Shown piece after piece: positions 10,375 to 20,373 of a DNA stretch of 64,000 nucleotides. The stretch is from a candidate division CPR3 bacterium GWF2_35_18 (GTDB taxonomy: Bacteria > Patescibacteriota > CPR3 > GWF2-35-18), in assembly GCA_001771135.1 (NCBI GenBank), contig MESW01000003.1, positions 72,719 through 136,718 of the forward strand. The letters are read 5' to 3'. Numbering within the stretch: position 1 is the stretch's first letter; each line of letters begins with the position of its first letter. A program made the translations under genes and the position numbers. The notes under the pieces are model-generated. The model saw only the letters and a list, made by a program, of their open reading frames with translations. It was not told the origin of the DNA and did not search any database.

Positions 10375-10752
10375 ATGTCAAAAGCAAGAAAAATATTAGT
10401 TATTGAAGACGATCAGTTTATCAGAGAGATGTATTGTCGCGAACTTCAAAAAGAAGGATATGAAACGGATTTTACTGATAATGCTGAAGATGGAACAAAA
10501 AAAATCAGGAAAAATAAATATGATCTTGTTTTAGTTGACATTATGCTTCCAGGTAAGAATGGATTAGATATGTTGAAAGATTTTAAAGAAAAAGATGGAA
10601 CTAAGGGTGCCAAATTTATTCTACTTACGAATATTGGACAGGATTCTGTTGTTAAACAAGGCCTTGATCTTGGAGCTAAAGGATATTTTATCAAATCTTC
10701 TCACACACCATCAGAAATAGTACAAGAAATCAATAATTTCTTTGAAGATTAA
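10375..10752 (+). CDS. Stand-alone response regulator receiver domain (CheY-like)
   Basis: KILVIEDD ... VLVDIMLPG ... K motifs of the REC domain. 125 aa with no output domain and no histidine kinase in the window. Confidence 0.8.
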   Translation: MSKARKILVIEDDQFIREMYCRELQKEGYETDFTDNAEDGTKKIRKNKYDLVLVDIMLPGKNGLDMLKDFKEKDGTKGAKFILLTNIGQDSVVKQGLDLGAKGYFIKSSHTPSEIVQEINNFFED

Positions 10753-10777
10753 ACTTTTTGAAAATTGATAGTAACAA

Positions 10778-10810
10778 AAATACCACGGCTAAAATCCGTG
10801 GTATTTTTTA
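10778..10810. terminator. Bidirectional rho-independent terminator between convergent genes
   Basis: Hairpin taccacgg-ctaaaat-ccgtggta flanked by an A-run on the 5' side and a T-run on the 3' side. Confidence 0.7.
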
Positions 10811-10830
10811 TATAGATCTAGATCTTAAGC

Positions 10831-13194
10831 TTATTTCAATCCCACTCTTTTTTTCTCTGCTTCGTAAACAACTTTTCTAGTTTTTTCAATCATATCTTGC
10901 TCTACAGAAACACTAGTTATTCCCCATTCAACGAGTTTTTCTGTTATTTCCGGATATACGGACGGAGCTTCTCCACAGATTGATGCCATAATTCCATGTT
11001 TGGCGGATTTTTTAACAGCTTGTTCGATCATCCACATTACGGCTGGATTTCTTTCATCAAATTCTTTGGCAACTTTTGCATTATCTCGATCCAGTCCCAA
11101 AGTTAACTGGGTGAGATCATTGGAACCTATAGAAATTCCGTCAATTCCAACCCCAATGAATTTTTCCAATATGATAACATTTGAAGGAATCTCTACCATT
11201 AAAATTAATTTGAAACTGGAAGTTCTATATAAACCAACTTCATTCATAATTTTCTTCGCTTCAATAAGCTCTTCAGGAGTTCGAACAAAGGGAATCATAA
11301 TCCAAAGATTCTTATGATAACGATGTACTCGTTTAATCGCTTCAAGTTCTAATTTAAAAACCTCAGGATCAGTGATATAACGATAACAACCTCGATAACC
11401 AATCATTGGATTATCTTCGTTATCAGGTTCGTATTTCTCTCCTCCTTTTAGATTTCGGTATTCATTTGTTTTAAAATCAGTAGCGCGATAAACAACGGGA
11501 CGAGGATCAAAAGCTTTAGCAAATCTCATAATTCCTTCGGTTAACTTGTCCACAAAATATTCTTGTTTTCCACTTCTAATCAAAGCTTTTGGATGAGTAC
11601 CTATATTTGCAATCATAAATTCTGCACGCAGTAGCCCAATACCATCAACCTTTCTCTCGGCCAATTTTTCAGCCATATCCGGTTCTCCAGAATTTACATA
11701 AACCTTAGTGGCGGTCCGAATTTCAGTATTAGTAACCGTTTCTTCCACTACCGTAAAATCTTTATCCATTAAAATTCCCTCATAAACCTTACCTTCAGTT
11801 CCATTAACAGTAACGCTTTCACCTGTTTTTAACATTTGAGTTGCTTGTTCAGTCCCAACGACACAAGGAACACCGAGTTCTCGAGAAACAATCGCTGCAT
11901 GACAAGTGCGACCACCACGATCAGTAACAATTCCTGCCGCACGTTTCATCGCCGGAACAAAATCTGGAGTAGTCATCTCGGTAACTAAAATATCCCCTTC
12001 TTTAATTTTATTTATATCTTTGGGGGAATGAATTACTTTAACAGAACCGCTACCAATTCCTGGACTTGCTCCGAGTCCTTCAAGCAATAACACTTTTTCA
12101 AGATTAAGAGTTTTTCGACCTTTTATTGGTTCTTGTGTAGTTTGCTTTTCAGTACTGCTTACAACATTTATTGCTGGATTTTCTTCTTTAATTTTTACAG
12201 TAGTTACTGGTCTTGTTTGAACAATATATAACTTTCCTTTTTCATATGCCCATTCACTATCCTGAGGCCAGTTATAATGTGATTCGATAGTTCTTACTAT
12301 TTTTGCAAGTTTAAGAATTTCGGCATCAGGAAGTTTTTGGGCTTTTTGATAAGCCGGAGAAATTGGAAGTTTGACATTAAATTCATCTGTTTCTTCACCT
12401 TTTACCTTTTTTATCTTTTGCTTTTTATCTCTTCTAATAAATTGCCAATCCTGTTTCACAATATGTTTACTAATAATTTGTAGATTTTCTTTATCAATGA
12501 GATATTGATCTGGAGTTAAAGATCCGGAAACAATTGCTTCTCCAAGTCCATAAACCGCTTCAATTACGATTTTAGTACGATCGTTGGTAATTGGATCCAA
12601 TGTAAAAGAAATTCCCGAGGTTTCTGATTGCACCATCTTTTGTACTGGAACCGCAATTCCGACTTTGAAATGATCGTAACCTTGTGAAACTCGATAGAAA
12701 ATTGCTCGTGCTTCAAATAAAGAAGCCCAACAACCGCTTACAGCAATGAGAACATCTTTATCACCCTTAATATTTAGAAAGGTTCTCTGTTGACCGGCAA
12801 AAGAAGCATCAGGAAGATCTTCGGCAGTGGCTGAGGAACGAACCGCCACATAGGGAGGAGTTCTTTCAATTTCTTTATAATATTTAATGATTAAATCGGA
12901 AATCTCCTGCGGAACTGGAGTTTTTTCAATCAAAGTTTTAATTTCCTCGGATACTGACTGAAGTTTTTTAGAATCATCAACGTTTAAGCCGGTTAGTTTT
13001 TGGCGGATTTTATCACGTAGATTGGTTTTATCTAAGAAATAAAAGTAAGCTTGAGCGGTCACTATAAATCCGTTGGGAACTGGAACACCAGCGTTTGTCA
13101 TTTCTCCCAAGTTTGCACCTTTTCCACCGACGATTCCGACATCACCTTTTCCGACTTCATTAAACCAGAGACAAAATTTGGGCAGTTTAGCCAT
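10831..13194 (-). CDS. ppsA: Phosphoenolpyruvate synthase (pyruvate, water dikinase)
   Basis: N-terminal ATP-grasp (GGKGANLGEM), a central phosphohistidine domain (GGRTCHAAIVSRELGVPCVVG) and a C-terminal PEP-utilising TIM barrel. 787 aa. Confidence 0.85.
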   Translation of the reverse strand: MAKLPKFCLWFNEVGKGDVGIVGGKGANLGEMTNAGVPVPNGFIVTAQAYFYFLDKTNLRDKIRQKLTGLNVDDSKKLQSVSEEIKTLIEKTPVPQEISDLIIKYYKEIERTPPYVAVRSSATAEDLPDASFAGQQRTFLNIKGDKDVLIAVSGCWASLFEARAIFYRVSQGYDHFKVGIAVPVQKMVQSETSGISFTLDPITNDRTKIVIEAVYGLGEAIVSGSLTPDQYLIDKENLQIISKHIVKQDWQFIRRDKKQKIKKVKGEETDEFNVKLPISPAYQKAQKLPDAEILKLAKIVRTIESHYNWPQDSEWAYEKGKLYIVQTRPVTTVKIKEENPAINVVSSTEKQTTQEPIKGRKTLNLEKVLLLEGLGASPGIGSGSVKVIHSPKDINKIKEGDILVTEMTTPDFVPAMKRAAGIVTDRGGRTCHAAIVSRELGVPCVVGTEQATQMLKTGESVTVNGTEGKVYEGILMDKDFTVVEETVTNTEIRTATKVYVNSGEPDMAEKLAERKVDGIGLLRAEFMIANIGTHPKALIRSGKQEYFVDKLTEGIMRFAKAFDPRPVVYRATDFKTNEYRNLKGGEKYEPDNEDNPMIGYRGCYRYITDPEVFKLELEAIKRVHRYHKNLWIMIPFVRTPEELIEAKKIMNEVGLYRTSSFKLILMVEIPSNVIILEKFIGVGIDGISIGSNDLTQLTLGLDRDNAKVAKEFDERNPAVMWMIEQAVKKSAKHGIMASICGEAPSVYPEITEKLVEWGITSVSVEQDMIEKTRKVVYEAEKKRVGLK

Positions 13195-13221
13195 AATCTA
13201 TTCCTTTCAATAATTAATAAG

Positions 13222-13247
13222 ATAATATGTTTTCATATTATCTTGAT
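13222..13247 (-). terminator. Weak hairpin downstream of the giant surface-protein gene
   Basis: 11-bp inverted repeat aagataatatg/catattatctt with a tttt loop. There is no clean T-run, so terminator function is uncertain. Confidence 0.25.
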
Positions 13248-13296
13248 TAAAAATAAATAACAAGCAGTTTAATACTATATGAAAAGTTATATTTAC

Positions 13297-16200
13297 TCAT
13301 CGACGTAATTTGGTAATAAATATTACCGTACTAATCAATCCAGTTAGTAAAAAAATAATTGTACCTCCTAAAAAACCAGTGTCTGGAAGTTGAAAGATAC
13401 TGCTCCGGACGAAGATACTAAAGTTAATGGTATCTTTATTACCAGCTTGATCAGTAGATATAATAGTGACTTCATGAAGTCCAAGAGGAATATTAATTTC
13501 AGGAGTATAACTCCAATTACCCGTATCATCAATTGTTGTATTTCCAATAATAGGTTCTGAATTGATGGTAATATTAACGATCGCTTCTTTTTCTCCTGTC
13601 CCTTCAAAAACTGGTTTACTGTTATTTAACTCCCACTGGGTTAAGTCTTTATTAAAGGTAACTCCTCCTAATTTAACTAAGTTGATAGTGGTTGTAGTAT
13701 CGAGAATGATACTGGCGCTGTAAATCAAAGATTCATTCCCCGCACCATCACGATATTTGATATAAATTGTCTTAATACCATCTCCTTCTGATAATGTCCA
13801 TACTTTTGTTTTAGAGTAAGACTCCCACTCTACTCCAATAAAATTAGGATTTTCAGAGATAATCATTTCCACAACTTCGGTTAAATCATCCGTTCCCGGA
13901 AGAATTAAGGTAATTGTTTTTTCGTTAGTATATTCGTTATTACTGGGACTCACAATTTCAATTGGTCCTTCAGGAGATTTAGTATCCAAAATAATAGTAT
14001 CACTATAGATAGTTGATTCATTACCGGCCACATCTTTGTACTTGGCATAAACTGTTTTTGTACCATTATTACTAGAGAGAGTAAACGTTTTAGAGGTGTC
14101 ATATGATTCCCAACTTGATCCAGTAAAAGATTCATTTTCAGAAAGAATCATCTGACTTATTCCGGAAGGATTATCGATAGCCGATAAAGTAAGAATAACT
14201 TCTCTACTATTAGTGTTTTCAGCTCCTTCATTGATAGTTATACTTCCTGTCGGTAAAGTATCGTCTACATTAAAATTTGTAGATTGATACAAGATTTCAG
14301 GTAAATACACTTCATTTTGATCAATGGAACGAACGGTTAATGTATGAGTTCCTTCACTTAAAGAACTCGGGGAAGTACAAGAATAATTTTCTGATATTTC
14401 ATCAAAGGCACCATCAGAAGCAGTACAATCAAACCATATACCCCCATCAATCTTTCCCTGGATATTTTTTAGAAAAACAGATTGACTATTTGATTCCGCA
14501 TACGTATTTTTTGTCCAAGAGACACCATCAGATGAAGTTGCGTAAGCCAATCTCCCATTTGTCCCATCATGCCCGGTATACCACATCTTATAGATTCCAT
14601 TTTCTTTTATTAAGCTTCCAAAGTAAACGCTTCCTTTATCAATTGAATATGTATTACTTTGAGATAAAACTGGATTATTATCAGATTTAGTCCAAATAGC
14701 TCCATCCGGAGAAGTCGTATAATGAATTTGATATCTTAATCCATCATATCCGGTATACCACATTTTATAGGTTTCATTATCTTTGATTACATAACCTGAA
14801 AAAGCATGAACATCATCTGTTTCTCCAGAAGATCCCAAGGGAATAACACAACCATCCCCAATAGTCCCACTACAGTTGTTCCCAGAATTTCGAGTCCAGG
14901 TTAAACCATCATTCGAAGTTGCATAACCAATTCTCACATTACTGCCATCATGCCCAGTATACCACATTTTATATATTGTCTCGTCCTTGATCACATAAGG
15001 ATAATAAGTATGAGCATCATCCCAGTTACCGTTAACTGCTTTTGTAAAAAGACATCCATCTCCTAATGTTCCCAAGCAATTATTCCCAGAATTTCTTGTC
15101 CAAGTTATACCATCTGTAGATGTTGCATAACCGATTCGCATCGTACTTCCATCATGTCCGCTATACCACATCTTATATGTTTCCCCCTCTTTTATGACAC
15201 TGATACCATAGAGATGAAGATCATCCCAATTACCATTTGCACTTAGGTCAAAAATGCAACCATCTCCAGTTGTACTACCACAATTATTCCCATCATATTT
15301 TGTCCAATTTATACCATCTGTAGATGTTGCGTAACCGATTCGCCAGTTAGTATTATTCGATCCGGAATACCACATCTTATAGGTTGTTCCATCTTTTATT
15401 ACTGAAGGAGCATATCCCGTATGGTAGTAATCCCAATCGTAAACAGTTCCATGTTCATAATCTGCTCTACCTAGATCTAATAAAGTAGTGGTTTTGTCAA
15501 TTACCTTATCTTGGATGGGATTATTTGCTTCTCCAGATAAAGAAACGGTAGCTGTATAATATGGAGAGATAGTGTCGAGAGAAATACTAGCTTCATCATT
15601 TCCAATCTCCCAGATATCTAATTTTCCCGTGCCTCCTCCATGTCCAAGGATAGCTAAGTCCTCATACTCATCATAATCAAAGTTACCGACAATCATAGCT
15701 CTACCATAAGATAAAGAGCGCGTTAAATAATGAGGAGCAGTTATAAAAAGATCTGCGTTTTCAATAGCTTCAACTTCTCCGGACATATTTATTAAATTAT
15801 TTCCATAGTAAATATATACTCCTCCTTTAAAATCTTTATTAGTATTAAAAGTATAATATCCGTAATAATAACCCCCAACAGCCAGATCTAAATTTCCATC
15901 GTTATTCCAGTCATTAACAACAACCGACACTCCAAACATATGATACGGAATATTAGAATACAAAATAATATCCGCGTCTTCAGGATGAAGAATAGTTTGA
16001 GATAAGTAATTCGATTTTCCTAAAAATATCATTACTCCTCCTCTATAAGATACTCCATATCCACTTAATCCTATGATGATATCTTGTAAATTATCATTAT
16101 CAATATCGGCAACAATAAAATTTTGATAGCCGCCTAAATACTGATATGATGTGCTTCCTTCAATAATTAAATCCGCTTCAGAAAAAAGTTTGTTAGCAGT

Positions 16201-18300
16201 AGTTAAAGGTCCCAAAAAGATTCCTACCGAGCCAATATAGTTTTGATCATAACGATAACTAGATATGATAAGATCATCAATATTATCACTGTTTATATCG
16301 GCACTGTAATGACCTTGACCAGTGTAATAATTGGCTGTATCGCCTTTAACAGTAAAATCTGCATCAGTCCCAGCGTTTAAGTTCAAATCCCAAGCATGTT
16401 CTCCACCAAAAAAAACATATGTTTTCCCAGCATCAGTCTTTCCATCATAATCATATTTATATGCTCCCAAGGCTAAATCCGGCCAATCATCATTATTAAA
16501 ATCACTAACGGCCATAAGATCTAATCCTCCAAAACGGGAACCAGCTTGTTCAGCATCAATTACAATAGCAGCATCACTATAACTATCAATAGTTTCAAAA
16601 AAATCAGCTCTTCCCCAAAATATGTATACTCTTCCAGTTAGACTGCTTGGAGAACCCACAGCATTTACAATCAAATCATCGTAATTATCTTGATTAAGAT
16701 CACTAATAAAAATGCTATATCCAAAACGATCGTTTACTTTCTCTCCTAGAATAAAACTAGTTCTTTCAGTAGGAATTTCTGAAGATGTGCCTTGGTAAAG
16801 ATGCACCTCTCCAGTACTTGAAATGGAATAGTCTTGCCCTACTGCAAGATCAATATACCCATCGTTATTAAGATCACCTTTTTGTAAGCTGTGACCTTGA
16901 CCTGCCCCAAAAGAAGCAGCTGGATCACCAATGATACTTTGCTGTAAAAAACCATCGCTGTTTTCAGGGTAGTAATAATCAATTCCATACCGACCTAGAT
17001 AAACATCATCGTTTAAAGAAGCCGTATTTTTAGTATCAACCACAATTGTGCCGCGATTATTAGTTGAGATATAAATTAAATGATTCGTGGTATCTAAAGT
17101 CCCAAATGTTCCATAATTACTACTAATTTCAATAGAGCTTGTAATACCATAGCTTCCTTGCAGTGTATCATCACTCGGATCAACTGTTCCTTGAGTATTA
17201 ATTACAGTCATAGAAGAAACTAGGTTGTAGTGAGTAATATAAAGTAAATTACCTTCAACATATACTGACTTTACTCCTCCTGCGCTTTGTAGGGCTGGAT
17301 TTGAAGATAACAATACACCAGTAGAACTATCGGTAGTATTCCAGACTCCCGTAGTCCGATAAGCAAAAGAGGTATTATCATTTAGATTAACAACCGATAA
17401 GACTCCATCAGATGAACTTCCTTGAGAAGGTAGATATAAAAGCTTATTACCACTATCAAGCCCGATCTTTTCAATATTATTATGAGCAAGATGAGGAGTT
17501 GTCGAAGTTGAATAATTCGTTACAACAGTATCATCAGCAGGAGTCTTGGTGCCTTGAGTATTAAAAACTCTCATCCCTCCTCCCCAAGTTCCGATATACA
17601 GATAATTGTTATCAGAGTCAAAATATACTTGAGCTTGATTATTATTATGAGGAATTGCTGGAGTTGAGGTTGTTGTATAAGTAATCAAAAGTGTATCATC
17701 AGAGATCGTTACTGTTCCTTGAGTATCAATTACTGAAACTCCTCCTCCATAAGTAGATATATATAATAATTTGTTTATCGTATCCAAATAACTAGCATAA
17801 ACATTGTTATTTCCGATTGCGACGGGAGTGGAAGTTGTAGAATAAGTAGCATTTATAGTGTCATCAGTTGCAACAACTGTCCCATTGTTATCGATCACAT
17901 CTAATCCTCCAGAGGTACCAATATATATTAAATTTCCTATTTTATCGATAAACTTTATTGAATTTGAGCTTAGAGCTGGAGTTGAAGTAGTATTATAATT
18001 AATTACTATTGAATCATCTTCTAAATTATTCGTATTGTGAGTATTTATCACGTAAACACCAACATCACCAGTACCAATGTAAACAAGATTATTGGTATTA
18101 TCAATATAAGTATAGTAGCTTGAATTTGAAGAGATATAAAAAGTATATGGAGTTGCCTGCGCTAAGCTATTTGTAAAATTATTAAAAAGATAGAACTTTT
18201 GAGTAAAAGAAATTGTAAAGATTATCAGAATTATGATTATTCTTTTAAATAAATATAAGATTTTAATTTTCAGAGGCATAAAATGTTCTCTAAACTTCAT
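13297..18300 (-). CDS. Giant LPXTG-anchored cell-surface protein (1667 aa). It carries an N-terminal signal/TM, Reg_prop-like propeller repeats, FG-GAP (integrin-alpha-like) repeats, five tandem GH43/GH130-like propeller blades (YKMWY...IGYATS.DG..WT), Ig-like domains, two Big_5-like domains and a C-terminal LPDTG sorting signal.
   Basis: The repeat motifs are read from the translation. The C-terminus QLPDTGFLGG, a hydrophobic stretch and KLRR form a sortase signal. Confidence 0.75.
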   Translation of the reverse strand: MKFREHFMPLKIKILYLFKRIIIILIIFTISFTQKFYLFNNFTNSLAQATPYTFYISSNSSYYTYIDNTNNLVYIGTGDVGVYVINTHNTNNLEDDSIVINYNTTSTPALSSNSIKFIDKIGNLIYIGTSGGLDVIDNNGTVVATDDTINATYSTTSTPVAIGNNNVYASYLDTINKLLYISTYGGGVSVIDTQGTVTISDDTLLITYTTTSTPAIPHNNNQAQVYFDSDNNYLYIGTWGGGMRVFNTQGTKTPADDTVVTNYSTSTTPHLAHNNIEKIGLDSGNKLLYLPSQGSSSDGVLSVVNLNDNTSFAYRTTGVWNTTDSSTGVLLSSNPALQSAGGVKSVYVEGNLLYITHYNLVSSMTVINTQGTVDPSDDTLQGSYGITSSIEISSNYGTFGTLDTTNHLIYISTNNRGTIVVDTKNTASLNDDVYLGRYGIDYYYPENSDGFLQQSIIGDPAASFGAGQGHSLQKGDLNNDGYIDLAVGQDYSISSTGEVHLYQGTSSEIPTERTSFILGEKVNDRFGYSIFISDLNQDNYDDLIVNAVGSPSSLTGRVYIFWGRADFFETIDSYSDAAIVIDAEQAGSRFGGLDLMAVSDFNNDDWPDLALGAYKYDYDGKTDAGKTYVFFGGEHAWDLNLNAGTDADFTVKGDTANYYTGQGHYSADINSDNIDDLIISSYRYDQNYIGSVGIFLGPLTTANKLFSEADLIIEGSTSYQYLGGYQNFIVADIDNDNLQDIIIGLSGYGVSYRGGVMIFLGKSNYLSQTILHPEDADIILYSNIPYHMFGVSVVVNDWNNDGNLDLAVGGYYYGYYTFNTNKDFKGGVYIYYGNNLINMSGEVEAIENADLFITAPHYLTRSLSYGRAMIVGNFDYDEYEDLAILGHGGGTGKLDIWEIGNDEASISLDTISPYYTATVSLSGEANNPIQDKVIDKTTTLLDLGRADYEHGTVYDWDYYHTGYAPSVIKDGTTYKMWYSGSNNTNWRIGYATSTDGINWTKYDGNNCGSTTGDGCIFDLSANGNWDDLHLYGISVIKEGETYKMWYSGHDGSTMRIGYATSTDGITWTRNSGNNCLGTLGDGCLFTKAVNGNWDDAHTYYPYVIKDETIYKMWYTGHDGSNVRIGYATSNDGLTWTRNSGNNCSGTIGDGCVIPLGSSGETDDVHAFSGYVIKDNETYKMWYTGYDGLRYQIHYTTSPDGAIWTKSDNNPVLSQSNTYSIDKGSVYFGSLIKENGIYKMWYTGHDGTNGRLAYATSSDGVSWTKNTYAESNSQSVFLKNIQGKIDGGIWFDCTASDGAFDEISENYSCTSPSSLSEGTHTLTVRSIDQNEVYLPEILYQSTNFNVDDTLPTGSITINEGAENTNSREVILTLSAIDNPSGISQMILSENESFTGSSWESYDTSKTFTLSSNNGTKTVYAKYKDVAGNESTIYSDTIILDTKSPEGPIEIVSPSNNEYTNEKTITLILPGTDDLTEVVEMIISENPNFIGVEWESYSKTKVWTLSEGDGIKTIYIKYRDGAGNESLIYSASIILDTTTTINLVKLGGVTFNKDLTQWELNNSKPVFEGTGEKEAIVNITINSEPIIGNTTIDDTGNWSYTPEINIPLGLHEVTIISTDQAGNKDTINFSIFVRSSIFQLPDTGFLGGTIIFLLTGLISTVIFITKLRR
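14450..15500 (-). repeat. Five tandem in-frame coding repeats (about 180-205 bp each) encoding near-identical propeller-blade units of the giant surface protein
   Basis: A recurrent DNA motif encoding YKMWY at about 14580, 14760, 14965, 15165 and 15370. The protein repeats are about 60-70% identical. Confidence 0.6.
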
Positions 18301-18426
18301 TCTTTAAAAAGTCAAAAGTCTTTTTTAGTTTCAGATTTTGTTAATATCAGATTGATTCGTTTTCAATGATATATAAAATCCTTCATCTTGTCGATATATA
18401 ATTATGATGTTAGGCTTCATTATAAA

Positions 18427-19014
18427 TTATTTTAATTGCACATCTGGTACTTTTTTATATTTAGGATTTTTTACTAAAACCGGTTTTCCTTCCTTTTCAA
18501 TAACATAGTAGGCAAATCCTTGCATCTTCTTCACTGCTTCGTAATCAGCATGTCCCGGCATCGAAGCTTCATTACCACCTTGAGAAACAGAATCTAAAAA
18601 CTCTACCGGAGAATTATCTGCAGTCACAAAATAGGTTTTACCTGTATTTACAAGAAGATGGGCGTATCCAGCCGGCATATAAATTTCATCACCAGCGTTG
18701 ACTTTAATAGCCTTAAAATCTTCAATCTCGTCATCAAGGGGTTGACCTTTCTTATCTAAAGCTCTTTTTTGAAGTAAAGCTATTCCTTCACCAAAAATAA
18801 TCCAATATGTTTCATCGAGATTCCCCACATGATAGTGCCCGTAGGTTTTGATATATTCATGATCAACTGTTCCTGTCTGCCATAGAGTAATATTTTTTCT
18901 TTCTTTACCACCCCGAATCATATAATAATGAATGTCCGGTCCTTTTGCTTCCGGATTCATCAAAACATCTTTCATTTTTTCATGAGTACGTGGTGCATAA
19001 TATTCTGGATCCAT
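18427..19014 (-). CDS. Cupin-type (archaeal-type) glucose-6-phosphate isomerase
   Basis: About 190 aa with cupin motifs TYGHYH...E.Y and PAGYAHLLVN matching the cPGI signature T.GH.H...E.Y / P....H...N. It sits within a glycolytic gene neighbourhood. Confidence 0.55.
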   Translation of the reverse strand: MDPEYYAPRTHEKMKDVLMNPEAKGPDIHYYMIRGGKERKNITLWQTGTVDHEYIKTYGHYHVGNLDETYWIIFGEGIALLQKRALDKKGQPLDDEIEDFKAIKVNAGDEIYMPAGYAHLLVNTGKTYFVTADNSPVEFLDSVSQGGNEASMPGHADYEAVKKMQGFAYYVIEKEGKPVLVKNPKYKKVPDVQLK

Positions 19015-19034
19015 AAAAAACTCCTTTTGTGTTT

Positions 19035-19841
19035 TTATAATTTCAATAAGCTAAGTAATTCGTTATGTATTTTACCGTTTGTCGCCAAAATTCCCTTTGA
19101 AGTGTCATTATTCTGAATCTGATCACCGTTTAAATCAGTCACAACTCCACCTGCCTCAGTCACAAAAAGAATACCGGCAATTACATCCCAGATCTTTTCT
19201 TTTCCATAAAGGTCTACAAAAGCATCGAAAGCCCCTCTAGCCGTGGCTCCCATTCCCAGCATCGAATCAGCGAGACATCGGACTCTGTAACTAGCCCAAT
19301 TTACTTTTTTGAATTGCTCCATTTTTCTTTCGTAATCGTTTTTCTCCAACTGACTATTGGGAAGTCCTACAAAAAGAAAAGATTTATAAATATCTTCGGT
19401 CTGAGAAACTGTATATCTATTTCCATTATAATAAAAACCACCTTTTTTAATGGCACTATAAAGCTGTTTTTCTACAGGACGATATGAAACTGCTAGAATT
19501 GATTTTCCTCTATATAATAAATTAATGGCCGTATTATAAATAGGAAGATCGCGAACATAGTACTTTGTTCCATCAAGTGGATCAAGGACCCATTGATAAT
19601 CAGAATCTTTGTCTATATGTCCTTTTTCTTCAGAGTAAATTGAGTGGTTTGGAAATTTTTTTTCAATTGCTTCTATGATAATTTTTTCTGCTCCCACATC
19701 AATATTGGTCAAAATATCCTGTCGATTTTTGTAATTAAGCACCGTAACCTTTTTTTGGTTATCAAGAAGGTATTCACCAACTTTCTGCGCCAGATTTTCA
19801 GTAAAACTGAGTGTTTTTTTCAGTTCCGAAGTCGTCATCAT
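19035..19841 (-). CDS. Inositol monophosphatase family phosphatase (IMPase/FBPase class IV-like)
   Basis: WVLDPLDGT motif and the C-terminal IMPase fold. 268 aa. Confidence 0.75.
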   Translation of the reverse strand: MMTTSELKKTLSFTENLAQKVGEYLLDNQKKVTVLNYKNRQDILTNIDVGAEKIIIEAIEKKFPNHSIYSEEKGHIDKDSDYQWVLDPLDGTKYYVRDLPIYNTAINLLYRGKSILAVSYRPVEKQLYSAIKKGGFYYNGNRYTVSQTEDIYKSFLFVGLPNSQLEKNDYERKMEQFKKVNWASYRVRCLADSMLGMGATARGAFDAFVDLYGKEKIWDVIAGILFVTEAGGVVTDLNGDQIQNNDTSKGILATNGKIHNELLSLLKL

Positions 19842-20365
19842 AAGTTTATAATTTCTCCTTGCAAATTATCAGTATCAAAAATTGCAATAGAAGAGTTTGA
19901 ACCATTAACCTTTTCTTCTGAGAATGTAATAAGGCTTCCCGGATTTATCCAAATAGTCTTTCCAACTTTTTTAAGATGAGAAACATGAGTATGTCCAGTA
20001 CAAAGAAGGTCATATTTTTGAGAATTTAACAAAGCTTCGGTAATTACTTTATCATGACCATGAAATACCGCTATTTTACAACTGTCACATTCTAAATCCC
20101 AGGTTAACCCATGCTTAGGATATTCAATATTAACACCATACTTTTCCGCTTTTCTTTTGATTCCAATTCTATCACCTTCATTATTCCCAAACACCGCTTT
20201 AATTGGAATATTCCAATTAATCTGCTTCAGTTTTAAAAAGTTAAATGAAGAAACTAGGTCACCACAAAAAATGACTATTTCGACCTTGTTTTCTTCAAAT
20301 ACTTTTTTAACTTCGATTAACTTTTCTACCTGATCATGAGAGTCAGAAAATATACCAATTTTCAT
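19838..20365 (-). CDS. Metallophosphoesterase (YfcE/MJ0936-like phosphodiesterase)
   Basis: Motifs GDLV, GNNEGD and GHTH. 175 aa. Confidence 0.7.
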   Translation of the reverse strand: MKIGIFSDSHDQVEKLIEVKKVFEENKVEIVIFCGDLVSSFNFLKLKQINWNIPIKAVFGNNEGDRIGIKRKAEKYGVNIEYPKHGLTWDLECDSCKIAVFHGHDKVITEALLNSQKYDLLCTGHTHVSHLKKVGKTIWINPGSLITFSEEKVNGSNSSIAIFDTDNLQGEIINL

Positions 20366-20373
20366 GTTTATTC

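Noticed and set aside
14450-15500. Possible CRISPR array, suggested by regularly spaced repeats
   Set aside because: The repeats are about 190 bp coding units inside one long ORF (protein-domain repeats). They are not short direct repeats separated by unique spacers.
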